From positions 11,577 through 75,576 of the forward strand of contig CAWDYC010000009.1 in assembly GCA_963806535.1 (NCBI GenBank): DNA of 64,000 nucleotides, in the 5' to 3' direction. Position 1 is the first letter of the stretch, and the number at the start of each line of letters is the position of its first letter. A program made the position numbers and the translations under genes. This document shows, piece after piece, positions 57,688 through 64,000 of the stretch. This DNA is from Candidatus Bathyarchaeota archaeon (GTDB taxonomy: Archaea; Thermoproteota; Bathyarchaeia; Bathyarchaeales; Bathycorpusculaceae). A model generated the notes under the pieces. It did not search any database and had not been told where the DNA came from. It saw nothing but the letters and a program-made list of their open reading frames with translations.

Positions 57688-59079
57688 TTATTTTCCGAGA
57701 GATGCCCACCACTCTGAAAGATCTAGTTTCTGGATAAGAAGTTTGGTTTTTCCCATAGGCGTCAACTCAATTTCCGAATCACAATCTATACTTATATCCA
57801 ATTCGTTTCCTACCTTACTTTTGAAAGTCTTCATTATTCTTTGCTTGTCCTCTGAAACAAACGAGGGTCCAGGTTTGATCTTTATAACGAAGCCCCCAAC
57901 GTGATCTTGGTAAAACTGATAATCGTAAAGCTTGTCCAGTTCTTCGGTGTGAATATTTAGAGCAGCCAATGAAATTAATGAACCGCGTTTTCCCACAACC
58001 ATTTCTTGAAGCCTGCGTCCACTAACACTTTCCAAAATAGTGCAATGTCTTCCACAAATGCATTTTTGATCTCTTGACAATGTAGCGTAATCGTCCGTAC
58101 GATATCTAATTAAGGGCATTGCGAAATTGTAAAAACCAGTTCCAACCAGTTCGCCTGCCTCACCACTTTCCTCCATAACGCTACCGTCTTTTCCAATTAA
58201 CTCCGTAAAGCCGTACTGAGGAAAGATATGATATCTTTTTGAATGCTCACATTCTCCACCTAGTATAACTTTCTCGCTTTGACCGTACCAGGAAAAAGCC
58301 CTTGCATGAAACGCTTTTTCTATTAACTCCGATTGCCGAAAATATACCTTTTCTGAACATAATAAAATGGCTTTAATCGAAGGCAAATTTATCTCGTTGT
58401 TTTCTAAAATATACTTTGAGATGATTGTTATTGCGGAAGGATAACCGTATACAAACTTTGGTTTCCACTTTCGAATTCGCTCTAGGTAAAGAGGCAGGGT
58501 TTGAGTATTCATCTGAAATGGTGACATCGCCAATGCATTGAAAACGGGCTCATATCTCCAGAATTGATTTCCAAAACGGTTGCTTCCGCCTTTGAAAGCA
58601 ACTATTCTATCTCCAAGTTCATAACCAACTCGTTGCCATAACGATGTTATATACGCCCACTCTATTGCATAAAGAGAATTGCTAACATAGAAGCGCAATT
58701 GTTTGCCCGAAGAACCGCCTGTTGAATCAACATAGGCGTTACGAAAGTGAATGTTCGCAGACACTAACTTCGAAAAGTTTTCTAAAACATCAGCTTTTTC
58801 TAGAAGTGGAAATCTCTTGATGTCATTGAACGCTTCGCCCTGCAACTTTATGTTTTTGTATAGAGGTATGTTTTTGACGGCATAAGAGAGTATGTCATTG
58901 AGGGCGTGTTTTTGGTATTTTTGTAATCGCTGGCTATTCCATTTTTCGCTTTCAAGAATAAAATTCGCGGTATCGGAAAATTTTTTCCCTCCTAACCTAT
59001 ATTTTATTGGAACAGCATTCATCAGTCTCAGTATATTAGACGGCAAATGATAATAGGTTCGCTTAAGTTGACTGAACAT
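57688..59079 (-). CDS. Phenylacetate-CoA ligase-like adenylate-forming enzyme (CapK family)
   Basis: STGGSSGKQLRF (P-loop-like AMP motif) and YRTDDYA. The length and context are typical of CapK. Confidence 0.7.
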   Translation of the reverse strand: MFSQLKRTYYHLPSNILRLMNAVPIKYRLGGKKFSDTANFILESEKWNSQRLQKYQKHALNDILSYAVKNIPLYKNIKLQGEAFNDIKRFPLLEKADVLENFSKLVSANIHFRNAYVDSTGGSSGKQLRFYVSNSLYAIEWAYITSLWQRVGYELGDRIVAFKGGSNRFGNQFWRYEPVFNALAMSPFQMNTQTLPLYLERIRKWKPKFVYGYPSAITIISKYILENNEINLPSIKAILLCSEKVYFRQSELIEKAFHARAFSWYGQSEKVILGGECEHSKRYHIFPQYGFTELIGKDGSVMEESGEAGELVGTGFYNFAMPLIRYRTDDYATLSRDQKCICGRHCTILESVSGRRLQEMVVGKRGSLISLAALNIHTEELDKLYDYQFYQDHVGGFVIKIKPGPSFVSEDKQRIMKTFKSKVGNELDISIDCDSEIELTPMGKTKLLIQKLDLSEWWASLGK

Positions 59080-59160
59080 TTTGACACACCTACGACTTCT
59101 TTTTAGAAGATTAGTAAAAATTTTTGGCGCTGATTCTTTAGCGCCTATTTTTAGAATAAA

Positions 59161-59367
59161 TCAGTTTTTAGGTAGCTTTTTGACAATTTCGTTGAGAACT
59201 CTGACGGTTTCTCTTCCTTCTTCAGGGGTTACTGGTACTGGAAGGTTATCAACGATGCTTTCAACAAACCTCTGAACCATGATATCGTGACCAAGCATTG
59301 GCTTTCGCGCCAGCATTCTAACTGCATTTGACGAAACACCTCTGATGGTTTGACTAGCCGTACCCAA
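59161..59367 (-). CDS. Gfo/Idh/MocA oxidoreductase, C-terminal fragment
   Basis: Continues 59354..60202 after a +1 frame change near 59360. Confidence 0.5.
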   Translation of the reverse strand: MGTASQTIRGVSSNAVRMLARKPMLGHDIMVQRFVESIVDNLPVPVTPEEGRETVRVLNEIVKKLPKN

Positions 59368-60202
59368 TGGAAGAGGCTGCGACGGCTGTTGGTTTCAATT
59401 CTCTGTTTTTTCCTTGCGTAACAATCATGCTTAGCAAGTCGATTTTGACTGCGTTATCTGTTCCAAAAATATTAACTTCCTCTTTTGCAACACTGTTAGC
59501 ATGTGAGACACAAATAGTACTATCAATATTTTCGCCCACAAGGTTTATTCTGTAATCGTCATATAAAACCCAGGGGTAATCTGATGTTTTTCTAGCGGAA
59601 ACGTAAATCTCTTTCACGTTTTTTACAAAAGCTAATGAAAGGTAAATAATATGGGGACCAGTTTCACCTATTATTCCACCTGGCAGTTTGTGGATCCAGT
59701 GTTTTTCGTGAACTATATATTCCTCTCTTGGTGTAAGGAGGGTTATTGTCATACCCGTCAGTTTTCCGATGTTACCCTCTTCTACAAGTTTTTGTACTTC
59801 CAGAAATGGTGGGTAAAACATTTGATTGTGTACAATACTAAGTTTCTTCCCTGAACGTTTTGCGGCTTCAATCATTTCGTCACAATCTGAAACGCTAAGA
59901 GCCATTGGTTTCTCCATTAGAACATTACAGCCAGCGTCCAATGCTTGAACCGCAACTGACACGTGTGCCGCTGGAGGAGTACAAATATCCACAATACTCA
60001 AGTTTTCATTGGATAACATTTCGGAAACGCTTGAATATGATTTTGGAATAGAAAATTGTTGAGCCACAGTGTCGGCCAATGTCTTGTTCAGATCACAGAC
60101 CGCTACAATTTTTGCCTGTTTTGATATTCTATGGAAACTTGGGATATGTCTTTTTTGAGATACGAATCCGCATCCTACTATTCCAATTCTGAGTTGGTTC
60201 AT
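59354..60202 (-). CDS. Gfo/Idh/MocA-family NAD(P)-dependent oxidoreductase
   Basis: LRIGIVGCGFVSQKRHIPSF Rossmann motif and VLMEKPMA. ATG 60202 is preferred to the longer track ORF. Confidence 0.8.
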   Translation of the reverse strand: MNQLRIGIVGCGFVSQKRHIPSFHRISKQAKIVAVCDLNKTLADTVAQQFSIPKSYSSVSEMLSNENLSIVDICTPPAAHVSVAVQALDAGCNVLMEKPMALSVSDCDEMIEAAKRSGKKLSIVHNQMFYPPFLEVQKLVEEGNIGKLTGMTITLLTPREEYIVHEKHWIHKLPGGIIGETGPHIIYLSLAFVKNVKEIYVSARKTSDYPWVLYDDYRINLVGENIDSTICVSHANSVAKEEVNIFGTDNAVKIDLLSMIVTQGKNRELKPTAVAASSIGYG

Positions 60203-60408
60203 CAATAATTTCTCCAATGTGACGTTAATATTTTTAACTTTACTTTTGATTGAATTCTTAAACTTTATTGCTATTGTATACATAATGTCGAAAGGGTATT
60301 TCTCCGAGCCCAGATACGCTTCAAGACCTTGATCAAAATGTCAACAAATCTAGGCCCGAAGCGCAAAACAAGAACTCAAGGAATTTGAGATAAGAACTGG
60401 AATTAGAT

Positions 60409-61587
60409 TTATTGAACACTTTTTATGGCGTCAATTATTTCTTTTGCTCTATGTTTAAAAGTGTGTTCTTTGAGCACTCTTTGCCTTGCTGCTGTACCTA
60501 GCCGAATTCTCAATTCCTCGTCCGCCAAAAGCGAACTGTATAATTCTGAAAGATCTTCATCTTCTTTCGCCATCAGAACTTCTTTGCCTACGTCAAACCA
60601 TTCATCTATGCCGTTATATGGATTTGATACTACACAGCAGCCCATGCTTGCTAACTCAAAGATTCTAGATATTGCTGAAGCATATACGGTAGCATGCGGT
60701 TTTCGTACAATATTGAGGTTTATTTTCGTCTGGCATGAAAAGCGTCGGTAGGTGGATTTGCTCGCGTCTATAACGCGAACTGAACCTAAATTCATGTTGA
60801 AGGCACGGCCGCAAATTGCAAATTTGCCCTCTCCAGATTTACCAAATTTTTCTGCAGGATTTACAAGTAGCCGAGTAATCCATTCTTCTCTTAGCTTACT
60901 TCCGATACCGTAAAATCCAGCATTGTATTTTGGTTTTATTGCGTCCATTGGACAAAATACACTTGGGTCCGCACCCCAGTAAACTGTGAATACCTTGTTG
61001 GCGCCTAGTGCTTCTATTTCTTTCGCTGCACCTTTGGAATTAATTATGAACGCATCATACTCTGAAGGATCAGCATTATTATAGAAACTGAATGAAAGCC
61101 CACCGTATGAGGGCAAACTTGTTGGAGTATCCCCATCATAGAATAAAATAGGAATGTCAAATTCCTTTTTGATTATTGACGGAACGCCTGCAAATTGGTT
61201 GAGGGGCACAGTCAAAACAAGTACAGCATCGACATTACCTTCTTTTTCAATTACAGAACTCAAATATTTAGTCCATTTCTTTGCAACAGTTTTCTTCGCC
61301 AAGAAACGAAGAAGTTTCTGGTTCTTCTGTCGGAAATCCATCTTGTTTTTTGCCAACCCAAATTTAGTTGCAAAGTTTTCCACATTGTTGTAGAGCCGAT
61401 TTTTCCAAAGGTTAGGGTTTTCGTGGGTTGTCCACCACAATGACTGAATAGCTCTGTTGTAATATGGGACTGCTACGATTTCAGCGCCAACTTCATGTAA
61501 CCCTTTAAGAATTTGCCACCACGCGGGGGTAATTCCTAATTCCTTATCTGAGATATCTAAGCTTTGACAAACAGCTAATATTTTCAA
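60409..61587 (-). CDS. CgeB-family / DUF3880-type glycosyltransferase
   Basis: MKILAV... N-domain and C-terminal RIFELASMGCCVVSN...LRIRLGTAARQRVLKEHTFKHRAKEI. Confidence 0.65.
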   Translation of the reverse strand: MKILAVCQSLDISDKELGITPAWWQILKGLHEVGAEIVAVPYYNRAIQSLWWTTHENPNLWKNRLYNNVENFATKFGLAKNKMDFRQKNQKLLRFLAKKTVAKKWTKYLSSVIEKEGNVDAVLVLTVPLNQFAGVPSIIKKEFDIPILFYDGDTPTSLPSYGGLSFSFYNNADPSEYDAFIINSKGAAKEIEALGANKVFTVYWGADPSVFCPMDAIKPKYNAGFYGIGSKLREEWITRLLVNPAEKFGKSGEGKFAICGRAFNMNLGSVRVIDASKSTYRRFSCQTKINLNIVRKPHATVYASAISRIFELASMGCCVVSNPYNGIDEWFDVGKEVLMAKEDEDLSELYSSLLADEELRIRLGTAARQRVLKEHTFKHRAKEIIDAIKSVQ

Positions 61588-61953
61588 TATTTAATTTCCC
61601 CTAATCGCAGATTTCTTGAAAAACCTTTCTTCCATTAAGCGAGGTTTTCGTTAAGCTATCACAATTAATGTCTGTGTCTTGCAAACGATTGCCATTATTT
61701 GATAAAATAAGAATTCGTTGAAGATTTATGTTCGTAGTCGAAGTTTCCCTAATTGTTGTTACTTAATGACAGCCACGAACATCTAAAAGCGAAATCTTCG
61801 ATTATTTAACACAAAGGCAACAAGGTAAAGTTAAGTAAATTTCGAGGTTTTACTATCATTTAGCAACAAATACAAGCTTTTGATAAAGAACTAGGTGACA
61901 AAAACGAAAAAGAAAGAAAAATATTCTTGTTTATACAATACGGGCGATATTGA

Positions 61954-62977
61954 TTACATTCCATTTAAGGTGGAGTCTGAACGGCGCACAAAATAGCCTT
62001 TATATGTTTTTGTTGCTTGTCTTATGGCAACTTGTTCTTCTATCCAACTATAAGTTTTTGCAAGTCCATCTTCAAGCGATACTTGTGGTTCCCATTTCAG
62101 CACTTTTTTGACAAGAGTTAAATCCGCGTTTCTTCCTCGAACTCCCTGCGGCGCTGAAAGATCATATGTCTTTGATATCTTCTTTCCAGAAATCTTTATT
62201 ACCATATCTGCTAATGTCATTTATGCTTACGAGCCTATCTGAACCTATGTTTATGGGTTTATCATAATCTGATTCCATCAGAGCATTGTTCCTTTAACAG
62301 CATCATCAACATAACAATACGATCGGGTTTGTTTTCCGTCGCCCCAAATATCGATTGTTCCAGGATTTGTGGCTTCAGCGACTTTTCGGCAGATGGCAGC
62401 AGGTGATTTTTCTCTTCCGCCTTTATAGGTTCCTTCGGGACCGTAAATATTATGATAGCGAAGCACGCGTATGTTCATTTTGTAGTCACGTTGATAAGCT
62501 TCACATAATTTTTCTGTGTAAAGTTTTTCCCAGCCATAGAAGTTGTCTGGATCAGCTGGATAAGCATCTTCTTCTTTTAGTCCCGTCAATTTAGGGTCTT
62601 GTTTGGCGATAGGTTGGGTAAACACATGCTGATGAAGTGTACAAGTATCGTTTTACTTTGTTTTTTCTGGCTGCTTCAAGCATGAATGTATTAATCAGAA
62701 CGTTGTCATGCATAACTTCAGCGCCAATTTCTGTGATGAAGCCAATTCCACCCATGTTGGCTGCAAGATTGTAGACTTTGTCCATGCCTTCTGTGGCTTT
62801 GAGACAGTTTTCCCAAACTCTAAGGTCCAATGTCAGCTTCTCAGAGTAATACTTCTCTTTCAGATAGTCGTCGAATTTTATGTCAGCTATTCGTACAAAG
62901 TTTCCTTGTTTTTTTAGGGTTCTTGCTAAATGGCTTCCGACGAAGCCTCCGCCACCAGTGACTAATATTCGGTCCAT
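61954..62977 (-). pseudogene. GDP-mannose 3,5-epimerase-like NAD-dependent epimerase, at least 3 frame changes
   Basis: ILVTGGGGFVGSHL, NLAANMGGIGFI, SSACVYP, YGWEKL, RYHNIYGPEGTYKGGREKSPAAICRK, WGDGKQTRS, and PQGVRGRNADL are colinear with GME across the fragments 62591..62977, 62278..62625, a short piece at about 62220-62280, and 61954..62220. Confidence 0.75.
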
Positions 62978-63140
62978 TTTTTCTACATCCAGCTTTACTT
63001 TTTATTCTTTGAACTGTCATTTAACTGATATTTCTAAAATGCAAATATTCCAAAATAAAAATGCGATCTCCCTTAATCTCTGGCTTAGGATGCAAGTGAA
63101 ATGCTTGTAAGGTTTAGCAATCAGGTGAACAGAACGGTTA

Positions 63141-63503
63141 TTATATTCGAATTGAATTTGATTTGTTATTGTAAATCCACAATTCCATGAGAAGTTGATA
63201 AGGGTATATTGTCACCTTTGAATTCCAAAGGGAAGGTTTGTCAACATTAATGATATTTTCATTTATGGTCATCTTGTTAATTAGCGATTGATTCCCATTT
63301 ATCGACGCCGCTGAAAATGAAAAGTTCAAGGGGATTTCGTGAGTTTGGTTATCTTGAACAATGAAGCTACACTCATATATTGGTTGAAGAGTACTCGGCA
63401 TGCCAATTGTAACGTTTGGCAACGGGTCAGTTTGATTAAGAAGTTTCAAGTATAGCACGAAATATGCTGAGGAACCCAAATGGTTTCCAATGTCTACGTA
63501 CAC
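63141..63503 (-). CDS. DUF1616-like archaeal envelope protein, C-terminal fragment
   Basis: YVDIGNHLGSSAYFVLYLKL continues the upstream fragment after a frame change near 63500. Confidence 0.5.
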   Translation of the reverse strand: MYVDIGNHLGSSAYFVLYLKLLNQTDPLPNVTIGMPSTLQPIYECSFIVQDNQTHEIPLNFSFSAASINGNQSLINKMTINENIINVDKPSLWNSKVTIYPYQLLMELWIYNNKSNSIRI

Positions 63504-63694
63504 TGAATAATTTTGACCTGTAGCGATGTCAAAAGGATAGTTCTAGCAATGTGCTTTGGACCTAAAATATAAAGCTCTGAAAATAGCTCTTGGTTTGGAG
63601 CACGAATAAAGTTGCTAAGAGCTGGAGTTGTAATAAGCAAAATGCCAATTAAGCTTATAGAGACGAAAATAAGTTTAAAATCATGAATGTTCAT
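63494..63694 (-). CDS. DUF1616-like protein, N-terminal fragment
   Basis: TM helix followed by FSELYILGPKHIA, the DUF1616 hallmark. The ATG shares one base with the upstream gene stop (TAATG). Confidence 0.5.
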   Translation of the reverse strand: MNIHDFKLIFVSISLIGILLITTPALSNFIRAPNQELFSELYILGPKHIARTILLTSLQVKIIQCT

Positions 63695-64000
63695 TAATTG
63701 GTTCCCTCTGGTTTTGCTTCATACAAATATTTAATGTAGTTCCGTTTAACCCAGCGCCAAATTAGAAACAAAGCTAAAACAAAAACGAAAACACTAATTA
63801 CGGTAAACGCTATTGTGGTAAAAAAAACTATTTTGATTTGAAATTAAAGTACTTTGTTTAATATTTTGAGCTGCAGTTTTAACTTGGTTTGTCATTCGGG
63901 ATTACGCTATTTGCTTTGACCAGTGCTGTGTTGAAATCTCCGATTCGGTAAGAGTTTTCTGCTTGAGACAGAATAAATGAGGCATTATTTATCTGAGACA
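63694..64000 (-). CDS. Hypothetical C-terminally TM-anchored protein, partial at the window edge, with at least 2 frame changes
   Basis: My translation gives ...AENSYRIGDFNTALVKANSVIPNDK / TNQVKTAAQNIKQSTLISNQ / KIVFFTTIAFTVISVFVFVLALFLIWRWVKRNYIKYLYEAKPEGTN in three frames. One shift falls in an A8/T8 run at about 63826-63833. Confidence 0.3.

Noticed and set aside
1631-64000. Programmed ribosomal frameshifting or recoding as the explanation for the split genes
   Set aside because: The junctions share no slippery heptamer or downstream structure. Both +1 and -1 directions occur, some genes need 2-4 shifts, and unrelated housekeeping genes are affected. Indel errors or decay are far more parsimonious.

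Overview
AT-rich archaeal chromosomal segment. Archaeal markers are a family-B DNA polymerase, archaeal DnaG, Trm1, THEP1 NTPase, an Mth938-like protein, archaeal-type UMP kinase, and DUF996/DUF1616-type envelope proteins. I found no rRNA, CRISPR array, transposase or integrase. There is one tRNA, tRNA-Ala(CGC). Left to right: (1) housekeeping genes (flavodoxin, Mth938, THEP1, trm1, proC, HAD, radical SAM/SPASM, aspartate kinase); (2) small membrane or secreted proteins; (3) a glucosylglycerate-type compatible-solute cluster (GpgS-like, phosphatase, GT-A transferase, glycerate kinase); (4) small redox/metal proteins (DUF59, HIT, desulforedoxin-like, fasciclin, DinB); (5) an orphan wHTH / NurA / HerA module; (6) NUDIX plus three ABC exporters, one with a PadR regulator; (7) a CheB-CheR-PAS-histidine kinase megaprotein; (8) pyrH and an AlkA-like glycosylase; (9) an acidic Pro/Glu-repeat protein, polB and dnaG; (10) a ParB-like protein and an Obg/YchF-type GTPase; (11) a roughly 15-kb cell-envelope glycosylation island (beta-helix protein, polytopic membrane protein, GT2, GT4, DUF362, CapA, CapK-like ligase, Gfo/Idh/MocA oxidoreductase, CgeB-like GT, GDP-mannose 3,5-epimerase, DUF1616). 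About 20 conserved genes are split by 1-nt frame changes, so the ORF track fragments them. Most notable observations: the orphan, apparently operator-controlled NurA-HerA module; a PolB whose exonuclease active-site residues are replaced while the polymerase motifs are intact; two exactly 10-bp-phased short-repeat arrays in a 700-bp gene-free interval; and three tandem hairpins with related loops upstream of the acidic repeat protein. All functional calls come from reading the translations by eye. No database search was run.
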